This document shows positions 38,055 through 50,043 of a stretch of 64,000 bases of DNA, piece by piece (position 1 is the stretch's first letter; the number at the start of each line of letters is the position of its first letter). The stretch is taken from contig CM102285.1 in NCBI GenBank assembly GCA_046563655.1, positions 6,510,001-6,574,000 of the forward strand, given 5' to 3'. Both the position numbers and the translations under genes were made by a program. The stretch is from Yuukianura sp. NJ FZ-2021 (lineage: Eukaryota). Below the pieces are notes generated by a model. It was not told the DNA's origin, did no database searches, and saw nothing but the letters and a program-made list of their open reading frames with translations.

Positions 38055-39811
38055 TGTAGCGGCCTTGTCCCTTTCCCCCAGTTTCCCCCAAGTTCGTCAT
38101 TGGTTAGTTAGTTAGTAGTTAGGAGGAGTTTAGCTTTTCGTTTCTCTGCTGCACGGACTGCGATCCGTGTCCAGCAGTTCAGTCTTCATTTAGTTTAGTT
38201 AGGTTAGGTTAGTCTGTTTCTGCTATCGATTGGGTTAGCATTGTTGGCCAAGAGCCAGGTTGTTTTGTGGAGCCAATAAACTCCACAACCATCACTACGT
38301 TCGTTTGTTGTTTCGTTTATTGTCTTTTCGTTTTCCTGGAGCTCGGGCCTTCAGCCCCGGAGAGTAGAGGAGACTGGGGGCAGTTGTAACAGATTTCGTA
38401 TTTACGAATTTTAAAATTACTTCCGCATTATAATTAAACCTTTAGTTTTCAGTAATAATAAGTTCACGGTGTTTTCTGGTAGATCCAAAAGTATGGAAAT
38501 TTTTTAATCACAATTTCATATTTTTTAACCGATTTTTCAAAAACACTACCCTTGTTACAATTGACCCCAGGCCCGGGGTCATTTGTAACACGACTGGGGT
38601 CAAATGTAACAGCCCCTAAACCCACAGCAATTCGTCATAATAACTATAAGATGACCATTATAAATACATCTAAGTATGTTTATGGTAAGCACATTACAAA
38701 AACTTAAGTTAATCGTTAAATAGTTAAGTTTTTCTCGCATTCTTGAACCTGCAGACGGGTGTGGAGTTCACCTGGCCAGTTTTAGTTTTAGTTTTTAACC
38801 TCCTGCAAGTTTCACTCCTTTTCTCGTAACGATCTTGACTGTCGTGCGCGATAGTGACTCCTGTTTCGTCCATATTGTAAATTGCGTGTGGTTCGAACTT
38901 GAATTTGTTCATAAGTTCTTCTAATTGAGCAAAAAAGTTGTTCACATTTGGCTTATTGAAGCTGACAGCTCTAGCAATGCTCGTTGTAACCTTCCAGTTG
39001 ATAGGCCAGCATCCTAACTTCAGCTTGTGTCAACCCAATGAACATGTCAGCAGCCGTCTTCAGGTAAGTTTCCAAATGATCCTCTTGACTTCCCGTGAAA
39101 ACACGATTTGAGTGGCCGTAGCCATTTCCCGTTTGAGATTTAGCATTTGAATCCTTCAGTTTTTTCATAAATCGGGCAAACGTAACATGGCAAATTGAAT
39201 ATTCACAGGATACACTTCGGATACTTCTGCCTTCCGATACTTTCTGACTCGCCTCCATTAATGTAGACACCTCAACTTGTCCTCTGTTCGTTTTCCGAAT
39301 ACGTTTTCTGGGCATGTCTAAGAACCAAATCATGATCAAAGTTGTTACATATGACCCCATGAAATATGTTACAATTGACCCCAGTATGGAATTTTTCGAA
39401 AAAAAATCTGCCAAAAAAATACAATGGCCTAAAGTTTAAAAGTAAATTGCTTACCTTACTTCTCGATGTGTTCACGAAATTGTCAACTGTTGAAATCTTC
39501 ACGAAAAGCGGAAGTTGGCAAAATATTTGACTTTACATGGAAACAAAATAATTTTACTTTCCACCTTTTTTCGGTTGTGTTTTGGGAAAAAATTTTAGTA
39601 CGAAGAAGTTAGTTAAATTCTAAATTATTTGAATTGCCGCGAGAGCTGATCAGCTGTGACTAACTAATTATTGGTACAATAGATTTTTCATTCAATTAGA
39701 AGTAAGTAAGAATGGCACTGTTACAATTGACCCCGTGTTACAACTGCCCCCAACCTCCTCTAGTCTGGTTTTTTGGAGCGTTTTCTGGTGTATTGTAGCC
39801 GTAGTGCTACA
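38055..39811. mobile_element. Solo LTR (~360 bp, gypsy-like) inserted in the BEL integrase and split by a pogo-like element
   Basis: TGTAGC...GCTACA termini with 4-bp TSD CGTA (38051-38054, 39812-39815). Removing it restores integrase GLDY-AGPF. Confidence 0.85.
38367..39760 (-). mobile_element. Internally deleted pogo/Tigger-like (DDE_1) DNA transposon
   Basis: TA|GAGGAGACTGGGGGCAGTTGTAACA...TGTTACAACTGCCCCCAACCTCCTC|TA. Transposase remnant from 39315 (MPRKRIRKT, psq/CENP-B HTH) to IYNMDETG (~38850). Confidence 0.88.
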
Positions 39812-42800
39812 CGTAGTCCAAACCAGTGTGATGGAACGTAGGTGACATCGTGACTCTTGGTTGAGGCAGTGTACCCATTAGTTGTGTTGCCGTCTTTTGT
39901 CTCAACAACTTACATCTGAGGCAGCGAGAAATGACAGATTTGATCAAATCTTTTGCACGGACAATCCAGTAGTCCTGACGTAGAAGTGAGAGTAGAAGAC
40001 GATTGCCAGCATGATGATGCTTGTGGTGGTAATGCTGGACGAGTAGTTTAGTCACTGAGGACTCCCCGTGAATGATCAGAGGGTGTTTAGCAGCTTCTGG
40101 GAGCGATGCCAGGTGGAGCCGGCCACAGACCACAAACTGGATCTCCTGTTGGAAGTCTTCCTGTTGCGACAGTTGAATGACCCTCCGAGTAGCCATTCGG
40201 TAAAAATCGACTGATCGTAGCATCGGTGCCCACTTCTGCTTGGCATGAACCTAAGCATGAACACGAGAAGTGATCCGATGACACGAAGGAGTTGCAAAAA
40301 CGACGAGTACCTGTTCAAAATAGGAAAAGACACTTGAACAGTTAGGACCTTGACCTTACGTTCCTCATTGAGATGCTCAGATGAGAGTGTTTGTGAATTG
40401 AAGAACGAAGGTAATTGTGGTTCTGACAGAAAGTCGGGTCCGTTCCACCAATGTTGATTATCGACGAGCTCATTAAGAGGGATCCCTCTTGTTCCGCAGT
40501 CGGCAGGGTTGAGTGTCCCCGGGATAAAATACCAAAATTCGACTGGTGTGAGCTCTTGGATTTGCGAAACCCGATTATCCACGAATGGGACCCAGCGACG
40601 AGAAGAAGACGAGATCCACCGCAAAGTAATTTCACTGTCAGCCCAGCAGTAGACATGACAGTTTGGATCCTAACTAGAAAAAAGAAAAGAAATTAGTTTC
40701 GATAATAATAAAGCACCACAAAGTTCGAGCCTCGGTATGCTCTGTGCCTTGACAGGCGCTACTTTCGTCTTGGAAGTAAGAATTCTTGATATTGGTAGAT
40801 CGTTGTTAAATGTCCTGAGATAGACCACCGCACAGTAGACTCTTTCGGAGGCATCCGAAAATCCATGTAATTCCATTCGTTGGTAATTTGGTATAATCAC
40901 ACAACGTGGAATGGCAATGTCACTAAGACATGACAATGATGAGCCCAGGAGCGTCCACCTTTCTACCAAGTCCTCGGGAAGGTTATCGTCCAAACCAATT
41001 CCCAAGGTCCATAGACTCTGGAAGAAAACTTTTACCGACACGACGAATGGAGCGAGTAGCCCCAGTGGATGAAATAACTTTGCGATGTCACTTAAAATGG
41101 TACGTTCTGTTTTGACCAAGGTTTGGTTAAACCTAAATCCAGTGAAATGGAGGAGATCAGAATTTGGTGTCCATTGAACGCCCAATGCTTTGGTGCTTGA
41201 TCACTCCGCCAGTGATTGAGTGGAGATCTGCACTAGGTGTGAAGGAATCTCCTGTAGTATTTCCGGGGAGTTTGAAGTCCACTTTGTGATGGACAGTTGT
41301 CCACGAGCGAGTAGTTTGGTCAATTGGTGGTAAGTTTCCACCACTTTTGGAACTGATGAGTCACCACCTAAAAAGTCATCCACATAGAAACGCTCAATTA
41401 TTGCTTGCCTGGCCAAGGGAAAGTGATCTCCTTTGTCCATGGCAAGTTGGTTTAGGGCCCGAATGGCACCGAATGGAGCCGACGAGGTTCCATAAGTGAT
41501 TGTTTTGAGCCTGTACTCCCGAATAGGCTGATCAGGAGTTGGCCGCCATAGGATCCGCTGGAAGTTGGAATCTGTTTCTAAAACTGAGAACTGGAGATAC
41601 ATTTTTGTTATGTCAGCCTTTAGAACGATTGGATCCAATCTGAATTTGTTTAGATGAGTGAACAAGTCAGGTTGAATAGTTGGCCCTACCATTAGGCACT
41701 TATTCAGTGACAAACCTGAATTTGATTCACCCGAACCATCAAAAACCACACGAAGTTTGGTTGTGGTACTATCCTCCTTCAATACGAAGTGATGTGGGAG
41801 GTAGTAAGTTTGGATGGATCCATCCTTGAATTGTTCTCCTTCTTCCCATGGTGGGAATTGTTCCATATGACCTAAATTGAGATAATCTTTCCTGAATTTT
41901 ACGTACTCACTTTTGTGTTGCGGAAGTCGATCCAGCCGAGCCGACGTTCAGTGTGGTGGAGCCTCCGTAATGAGATTGATCGTGAGTTCTAAATCTGAGT
42001 TCCGAAATGTTGGGTTTGAAAGGAAGTGGAACAATGTATCTTCCGTCCTGTGTACGAGAGTGGTGAGTTGCAAAATGATTCTCTGCGTCACTTTCTTCCT
42101 GTGTCAACTGCATCCGAGTTGGGACGTGATCGAGTTCCCACAAGCGTTGGATGGCTCCCTGCAGAGAGACAGTGTGGCAGTGGGCCGTGTAGGACTGCAC
42201 TGGTGGAGTATGGAGTGGTCCTATGACCACCCAACCGAAGTAGCTCGAGCAAGCAGCAGGTTGATCAACCCAGAAGAAAGTGTCTGACCAGCGAAGATTC
42301 GGTGTGTGACCTCAGCCCCAAGTAGAATGTCAACTTCACTCGGGTCAATGTATCTGGGATCAGCCAAGGTCAGATTTTGGAGGTGGGTCCATTCTTTCTA
42401 GGTGTCACCGCACCTAAAGGAGGGCAGTTGACCTGTGACCTGGGAGAGAACAAGAGCTTCCACGGACAAGGTCAAATCATTACACTTAGATTTGAATTGC
42501 AACATGGTTTTTCCCTTCGCTTTACCAACTGTTGTGGCACCAACTCCGTTGATGGTGACGTTGGACTTCGTCTGTGAGAGACCAAGTCGCTGACAGCACC
42601 GATCGGTGCTAAAGGAAATCTCGGCTCCTGGATTCAGAAGGAAACGGCAGGTTTGGTAGGCTCCAGTAGCATCCAGTACATAGACTTCTGCCGTTCCAAG
42701 TAGGACGCCGTGGCCGGAGATCTGATTACAACTGGCTGTGGGAACAGAAGTAGACGGATTAGTCAAATGAGCATTAGGATTATTTACCTGGTTAGCGAAG

Positions 42801-44509
42801 AGAACGAAGTCATTGTTAATATGCAAAAGAGTGTGATGTGACTTTTGACACACACGACAACGAGACTTGGAATGACAGTTCTTGGGAGCATGAGCAAGAC
42901 CAAGACAGTTGAAACATCGATGCTGAGCCTTTGCTGTGTCCATCCGTTGAGCAATGGTCATGGCATTGAACTTTCCACATTTGAATAATGGATGAGGCTC
43001 TGAGCAAAGAACGCATTTTGCAGTGTTCACTGCATGAACCTTCTTACGGTCAACAGACTTCAGAGATTGTTTCGTTGACGCAGTTGAGATGCTCTGGAGG
43101 CCACGGATATGTTGCTCAAGACCTCCTTGTAGGTAGGAACGTTCGTTCCTGAAAGTTGGATGGCGAATTCCCGTTTTGTGTCAGGATCCAACTTTTCCAT
43201 TATGGTAAAGACCAGAACATCATCCCATTGGTCAACGTTACGGTTAAGGTTCCGTAACTGTCTCACGCACTTCTCGAAAGTATCAACCAGGTTCCTCAGT
43301 GAAGTCGCATTTTCCTGAAACAGTTTAGAAAGATTAAATAATTTTCGCAACAATGAAAATGCGATCTCGCGCGTGTTGTTGTATCGCTCGATACATAAGC
43401 CCCAAGCATCCTGGAAATTAGCGTTAGTGATTAGGAATGGCGAGACTATCTTTAGCGCATCGTCCTTGAGAGATGACTTTAGATACCGCACCTTTTCGCA
43501 ACCAGAGAAGCCGCCATTGTTGACGATGGAAGCCTCGAATTGATCACGGAAGGATGGTCAGTCTTCGTAACTGCCAGAGAATGTAGGAAGGTCAAGCTTT
43601 GGTAATTTGACTTTTGACGATGGATGAACGACTGACGGAGCGGAGGTTAGGGTGGATCCACTCTGGGTGTTGGAGTCCAGCTTCGCTAAGTATTTATAAC
43701 CTACGAAAACTTGTAAAACGGAATGAGTATTCCTAGCCTTATAGAAAGGTAAAAAGAGCAGAATGAGAACACTAAATGTAAATTAGTGTGAGTAACTTAG
43801 AAGTTGAGAAAAGGAAGAAACGAGTGTTTCTAATCCCTGTGACTAAAGTAAAAATAGCCTTGTTCTAAGAAATGAAATGCATGTAAAGTGAAACTAAAAT
43901 TAGGCTAAAATCATGAACTGTCGGTTTACCCGCCAACACTTCCTCAATTTCAATGACTTCCCAAAAGAACTTTTGTAGAACAAGGTTCAATTCCAGTTCT
44001 GTTTCTTCATTTTCTTCTTTTAACCCAATCACAATCACAATCAAATTTAGCTTTCTGGCTTGAATGTCAATCAGTTCCACACTTCGTTGTAATGCTGACA
44101 CATTTTTCTCAGTAACTGATTCTTTAAGTTCAATTGCTTTAAGACGATCCTTAGTTTCACCTAGGTCACTGCTAAGTTTGTCCACAGTTTGTTGTAACGT
44201 GGTGACCTGCTGCGTAATTCTATCAACTCCATCTTGAACTATTTGTGCAATACTGCTAAGTGTGAGATTTTGCACTGGGTTAAACTCCGGTACTTCTTGA
44301 GTATTTGCTCTTTTCGATTGAGCGGTTTGATCTTCGTCTTCGTCTTTAGTGTCTCTTCCTCTCTTTCCTTTCGAACCTTTCTTATAATTCGGCATTTCAG
44401 TCTATATGAATGACTGTAGGACGTGTGCGCGATTAGTGAGAGATTGGAGGCTATTGAGAGACTGAAGGCTAGTGAGGGACTGAAGGCTAGTGAGCGATTG
44501 AGTGAGGGT

Positions 44510-45137
44510 TTAAGAGGGTGTGTGCATTGCAATGAAGCGTGATCCACAAAAACTTCAAAATTAGTGAGAAATTGGGAGTTCTAGGTGGTTTAATGAAATT
44601 ACCAGCAAAATTTTCATAAAAACAGGGTTAGAATTAGTGAATCCAACACAAACATTAGCCCTGAAAACGATGTGTTCTTGAGAGGTTCTAAGAGGGGGTT
44701 GTGCATTGCAATGAAGCGTGATCCACAGAAATTTGTAAATTAGTCGGATATTGCGAGTTTTAGCTGGTTTAATGAAATTACCAACAAAATTTTGATGAAA
44801 ACAGGGTTAGAGCTAGAAAATCGAACACAAACATTAGCCATGAAAACGATGTGTTCTTGAGAGGTTCTAAGAGGGGGTTGTGCATTGCAATGAAGCGTGA
44901 TCCACAGAAATTTGTAGATTAGTCGGATATTGCGAGTTTTACCTGGTGTAATGAAATTACCAGCAAAATGTATCATAAAAAAGTATTAGAGCTAGAAAAT
45001 CCAACACAAACATTAGCCCTGAAAACGATGTGTTCTTGAGAGGTTCTAAGAGAAGGTTGTGCATTGCAATGAAGCGTGATCCACAGAAATTTGTAAATTA
45101 GTGAGAAATTGCGAGTTTTAGGTGGTTTAATGAAATT
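44510..45137. repeat. 179-bp tandem repeat (~3.5 copies)
   Basis: gtgcattgcaatgaagcgtgatccaca recurs at 44522, 44701, 44880 and 45059. Confidence 0.9.
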
Positions 45138-46057
45138 TGTTTGGGTGAAATGACAGTTTCATTCTGAAATGGGTGTGTCGGGTTGAGATGATGCCAGTGA
45201 GGAAGCGGTTTTCTTTCTTATTTAAAATAGCATCATCGAATGCTTCCGAACTGGCTTCGGACTCAAGCCCGAACCACAACGATACACTTTTGCACTAGTT
45301 CTTATGGGAAAGATAAATTGTGTGTACTTTTTGTCTTTTAGTAGTATTTCATTCATTCAGAAGTCTTCTGCTGCGTCTCTTTGGTTTAAGACCATAATCT
45401 TAAGACCAGTTTCTCTTTCCATTCAAGTATAACTGTAATTCGATTCATTAGGCAAATAAACTAGTAAAACTTAAATCATCTTCGGATCCAATCAGAACCA
45501 CCCCTCATTCATTTCATGGTCCTTCGAAATCGTGCAATTCGAGTCATCAGTTTCCGTTCTAGCGGACTTAATGAAGACGGTGTCTTTGCGGACTGCTCTC
45601 AAGCCCAAACTTCAACGGGTTGAAGGTGATTTAAAGTCTAAATCGATTGATTACTCTTTAGTAGAATTGCAGGTTTTACTTGATGGAGTGGACAAATACC
45701 AGACTAAGCTGGACAGTATTCAGGAGTCGATGTTCTCCGTCGTCACAGAGCCAGACGAAGTCAATGTCCAAATAGAGGCAGGGTTAGGTTAGGTGGACAT
45801 GCTAGGTAGACATGCTAATTCAGAGCTGCCAGTTTCTCATACGTCAGGGAATCACTGACAAGACGGTGACTACGCCGGTCGTAAGTGAGGTAGCTGGGAC
45901 GAGTTCTGCTAGTAGTGTCAATGGTAACCCAAAAATGAATGCTAAATTGCCTAAACTTGAGTTACCCAGCTTCAGTGGTTCATTTGAGGAATGGATCATC
46001 TTTCGTGACCAGTTCCAGTCACGGATCGTCTCCAATACGTCACTTTCTGGAAGTGTA
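45138..46057 (+). mobile_element. 5' part of a second BEL/Pao element (LTR, PBS, gag start)
   Basis: TG...CA LTR 45138-45516 followed by BEL-type PBS TGGTCCTTCGA. gag remnant includes AKLPKLELPSFSGSFEEWIIFRDQF. Truncated by the LTR insertion at 46058. Confidence 0.85.
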
Positions 46058-46349
46058 TGAGGTCATGGACCTCATCGGAGAGTTAAGTGTTTAGTTAATT
46101 AGAAATTAAGTAGGGCGAATGCCCATAAGTGGTTGTCCCCGGTCTCCCTCCATTTTTTGAGTCGGCAGAGCCGACAGAAGAACACAACCAGATTCTCCTC
46201 GCCTCGCTCCAGCAGATTCTGCTGCCACGCCGTCAAGAGCTCCCTTGGACAGCTCCAGTAGGTAGATAGAGGGGACTTTCACGCCAAATCAACCTTTGGA
46301 CCCATAAGGCTTAAAACCCACTGGCGTGAGATCCTTATGACTTATCAAA

Positions 46350-46600
46350 GTCAGACTAATTGTCTGTGACGACTAATTAACACTTCCGTTGAAGACCAAT
46401 TAAGACTTCCAAGACTAATTAAGACTTCCTGTGACGACTAATTAACACTTCCGTTGAAGACTAATTAAGACCAATTAAGACTTCTAAGACGAATTAAGAC
46501 TTCCTGTGACCCAGCTTAACATTAATTAAGACCAATTAAGACTTCCTAAACTAATTAAGACTTCCTGTGAGCTTAATTAGTACCTTTGTCCGTTAACACC
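46350..46600. repeat. Subterminal TAATTAAGACTTCC(TGTG) motif array of the Polinton
   Basis: More than 10 degenerate copies. Repeated at ~47175-47320 and inverted at ~59475-59610. Confidence 0.85.
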
Positions 46601-47465
46601 TTGGACAAATAGGAATCCATGGGGAGGAGTTTTGGTTATCCAATGAGAGTCCTGAATACCGCGACCAAGACGGTTAAAAGGAGACGATGAAGTCTAAATA
46701 GTCAGTTACTTTGTCAGCTTCACAGCGTCATGGCCATATTTTTCGATTTAAGGGCGAGCCGGTTTCGTGTTTTCGTTGTTTTTGGGAAGCCATCCCGTCC
46801 ATCCCCTAGTCCCTTAGCGAAGGGCTTTTCGATTCCTTATTCTACAGGACTAGAAGTGTCCTTCCCGCTGCCACCAGCTGCCCCCGCGGTATAGGTCATC
46901 GGATACATGGAGTCAAAGGTCAGCATGTGATCACATAATGACCCCATGCAAGTAATATGTCGTTGGAACGGGCTTGACCTCCTGATTCAGAAAATGTATA
47001 CAGGTTGATAGTTCTGACCAACCGTTTGACCTACAGGGGTCATAACATGGATGACCTCTATACTTGCTGGGGTCTAGAAGTAGTAGAAGGGTAGGTAGGA
47101 CTTTCGACTCAAATCAACCTTTGGACCCATAAGCTTTTTTACAGCATGAGTTCTATCCCCAGTCAGCTGGCTAATTCACATTAATTGAGACTAATTAATA
47201 CTTCCTGTAAACATTAATTAATGCTTCCTTCTACAATTAATTAACACTTCCTGTTGCTTCCTGTGACCAATTAAGACTTCCTTTTCTTAATTAAGATTTC
47301 CTGTGACCGAGCTTAATTAGTAACCTTTGTCCGTTAACACGTTGGACAAATAGGAATCCACGGGGAGGAGTTTTGGTTTTCCAGTAACCAATGAGTGTCC
47401 TGAATACGCTTAAATGGAGACGATGAAGTCTAAATGGTCAGTTACTCGGTAAGCTTCACAGCGTC

Positions 47466-47834
47466 ATGGCCATTTTTATCGATTTAAGGGCGAGCCGGCT
47501 GCCTGTTTACCATTTCTTGTCACCAATCTTAAAGCACAAATTCCACCAGGCATTGGACAACTTTGTGGACTATACACAACAAATCAGAACCAAGGAAGGC
47601 TGCAACAGGATTTTTACCGAATACCCGCTACTCCAAGGATTTGAAGACGATCAACATGCTGAATCCATGTGGACGTACATACTTGGAAAATATTCAAATT
47701 CTTTATTAGACTCTTACGTGGCTAATATTGTTGAAAACTTTTCTGCCAATTCAAAGTCAAATCTACTAATTTTTGAAGAAATTTTTGCCATGCAACTTAT
47801 TGTTGCTGCTGTTACTTTTAAGCCGAATGAATAA
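47466..47834 (+). CDS. Hypothetical Polinton protein
   Basis: 122-codon ORF converging on the protease gene, with back-to-back AATAAA/TTTATT at 47830-47843. No recognised motif. Confidence 0.4.
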   Translation: MAIFIDLRASRLPVYHFLSPILKHKFHQALDNFVDYTQQIRTKEGCNRIFTEYPLLQGFEDDQHAESMWTYILGKYSNSLLDSYVANIVENFSANSKSNLLIFEEIFAMQLIVAAVTFKPNE

Positions 47835-47838
47835 AAGT

Positions 47839-48363
47839 TTATTGTTCGCAAAATTTTTTGCAGCACTGAACAGTGCGTGGAAATACAGAGCCAAGTCTAC
47901 AAATTCTTTTCTTTACAAAGTTTACAACAATTTTATCATTTGCTACAGTATCGTTTGTAAAGTTTCTATACATATTTCCAATACATCCATTTTCTTTAAA
48001 TAGCTTATGAAGAAAGTAAATTGTATAGTGACCACAAATATCGCTGGTGATGCTCTGTAGAATTCTATCCGAATCAATAAGTTTTGAAGAATTAATATTC
48101 ACAAAGTTTCTAAATATTTCATTGTAGTTTTCGATTCCTCTTCTATAGGAATCTATGAAAATGATAGGACATGATTTTTCCGCCTGGTAAAGTGTAAGCC
48201 AGTGCTGCCCTGGTTCAGAACTAACATCAGAATTACAAACTAAATACAATGGGTATATTTGAATTTTTAAATTTACAAGCAAGTCACAGGGTATTACATT
48301 AAATGTACAACTATTATCTGACAAGAAGCAGTTCAGGTATATATAAATTTCTTCGGTGTTCAT
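47839..48363 (-). CDS. Adenain-like (C5/Ulp1-fold) cysteine maturation protease
   Basis: N.D....PGQHW, FIDSY and LQS..SDICG carry the His-Asp-Gln-Cys catalytic residues. Confidence 0.9.
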   Translation of the reverse strand: MNTEEIYIYLNCFLSDNSCTFNVIPCDLLVNLKIQIYPLYLVCNSDVSSEPGQHWLTLYQAEKSCPIIFIDSYRRGIENYNEIFRNFVNINSSKLIDSDRILQSITSDICGHYTIYFLHKLFKENGCIGNMYRNFTNDTVANDKIVVNFVKKRICRLGSVFPRTVQCCKKFCEQ

Positions 48364-49694
48364 ACTTCGATTGCTGGAGAGTTTGGAAAATCTTCGAAGT
48401 AGGCGTTCTTGCTTTTATCAATATACAACACTGATTGATACTCAGCATAGACGATAACCGTGACAGACTCGGTTAGAGCTTCTTTAAATGCCAGATCAAT
48501 CTTCACATTTCCGTACTTGGGGAGCGCAAATCCATCTCGAATGTGTCGAAGATTGTAAACTAGCAGAGGATGTCTCTTAAATGTTTCCCGTGTGATATCC
48601 AAGCCAACGCCTTCATTCGAAACTCCGAGTCCTTCAAACAGGTTGTTGTAGAGTTGAATGTATTGATTTTGACTGAAATCCAATTGAAGAGGTAGATACG
48701 TGTTGTCTCCATTTATAGCAACTTCCACACGATTGAGGTTGAAATCTTGAAATCGAAATGGGTTCCTCCTTATATCTCCACTGTAGGCTTTTGAGGAAAC
48801 TAATCCCACAACAATTCGATCTGGTAGTAATCCGCTTAGCACAGTGTCATTCACATCGTTGGTAGCTCAAGTAGCAATAGCATAGGCTTTGAGTTCCACA
48901 CGTTTCATTGGATATGTCGCAGGATTTCCAGCATGGAGCGCTGAAATTGTTGCATTCAATAGTGTAGGCAGAAGAACATGCTTTTTGATCAAAAGCTTGG
49001 CTTCAACAATCCGAACCGTTGCACTTGTCGTTTGTCCAGTAAACAGGCAAAAGGCAGTTGGCGATCTTGCGAATGATACCCGCATATCAATACCAGGGAT
49101 CAAGTATTTGTTTTGAAGAAACAAGTCGCAAAACGGGCGACCAATCATTTCAAACACTTGACTTCCCTTTGTCACTTTGTAGCGTTCACTGAAGCCATCT
49201 TCGTCGGTGGTAAGAACAGATGCTGGATCGTTTTCACGATAGTACAAGTCACATTGAGCTTGTGACTTTTTATACTCTCTGTTGTAAGAAAGTAGAGTGT
49301 CCAAATAGATTCTGTATCCATAATGGTTTGTTGATGGTGTAACCAAGACTTCGTTCAGATAGATGGCTGCTTGTTGAAACATTGAATGCAAAAAGTTGTT
49401 AACTGTTCCCACAACTGTTGCTTCTTCGAGTTGACTTCCATCTGGTTTGACCACTCTGGCTTTAACGCAAAGCTTTGTTTCGCTCAAATCGATAAACTGA
49501 ACATCGTTTGATTGAATGAAGAATTCCAAGGGTGATGTTTGATCACTAATTGACGTGATTGGATAATGCTCTGACGAGTGTGTTGAAACCAGGCTGACAT
49601 CGTAGTGTGGCTCTTGAAACAGTTGTGTCTCTGAACGGATGAATGTAAACGGTAGTGTGGATGGTGCACTTGCTAGTTTTACTCAGAGTGGCAT
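48360..49694 (-). pseudogene. Major capsid protein (double jelly-roll, Polinton PY type), two in-frame stops
   Basis: One frame of 444 codons: MPL*...RSETQLF..HYPI..PLEF..IDLSET..VNNFLHSMFQQ..YGYRIYLDTLL..GRPFCDLFLQNKYL..AIAT*..G.LPDRIVVGLV..NPFRFQ. TGA at codon 4 and at 48867-48869. Confidence 0.9.
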
Positions 49695-49695
49695 T

Positions 49696-50043
49696 TTAGA
49701 ACAGAAACTTTCCGTCAGTTTTCCGCTTCCTTTTCTGATTGCGCTTCCTTCGCTTCCCAGAACCAGACTGATCCATAATCTGTGATCCAACTCTTTTTAA
49801 AGCTTCCCGTCCATGTTCCTTTATCGCAGAGGAAAGTGGTTGCTTCTTTGCAACCATGTCGGTGGCAATACTTGTAATTGCAGATGTTGCATGTGGTAGA
49901 ATAAATTTTTTCAAGAATGGTACAAGATAGCGAGCTACGCTACCAAAGACACCACTAAGACCTCCACCTCGTTGTGTTCGGATGCCGGCAAAATACAGAC
50001 GTCCGTCGTCAAATGCTCCTCCGTTTTGCAAGTGATAATTCAT
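49696..50043 (-). CDS. Small basic virion core/membrane-active protein with QxGG motifs
   Basis: LQNGG, FAG...QRGGGLSGVFGSVARYLVPFLKK (amphipathic) and QSGSGKRRKR. This small-ORF type typically lies between the Polinton capsid genes. Confidence 0.75.
   Translation of the reverse strand: MNYHLQNGGAFDDGRLYFAGIRTQRGGGLSGVFGSVARYLVPFLKKFILPHATSAITSIATDMVAKKQPLSSAIKEHGREALKRVGSQIMDQSGSGKRRKRNQKRKRKTDGKFLF

Larger units (their letters stand above)
36288..43938 (-). mobile_element. BEL/Pao LTR retrotransposon (degenerate)
   Basis: 5-bp TSD CTTCC. 3' LTR 36288-36745 preceded by PPT ggggtggcggca. 5' LTR remnant 43689-43938. gag (KLPKLDLPTFSG, CX2CX3-4HX4C knuckles), protease, RT (YLPHH, KLRVVFDGS, FYVDD), RNase H (LHGFSDASE) and integrase (GLDYAGPF, SDCGTNFVG), with many stops and frameshifts. 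Confidence 0.95.
34158..44395 (-). mobile_element. Degenerate L2/CR1-like LINE split by a BEL retrotransposon
   Basis: ORF1 runs 44395-43939 (coiled coil, KLNLIVIVIGLKE) and resumes 36287-35852 (IYLNEDLP..ARRKFL..GDKVIING). APE endonuclease ~35820-35270 (NHNVRAI, ATETWL). RT C-terminal part 34840-34158 (KTLGLILDNTLSW). RT core is missing. Confidence 0.8.

Noticed and set aside
44510..45137. 179-bp repeats as CRISPR or a structured RNA array
   Set aside because: Whole units are repeated, so this is a satellite-like tandem repeat.
48360..49694. Two in-frame TGA codons in the capsid gene as evidence of stop-codon recoding
   Set aside because: Both are explainable as single substitutions (CGA/GGA to TGA). 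The same element has a premature TAA and frameshifts in the integrase and pPolB, so simple decay suffices.
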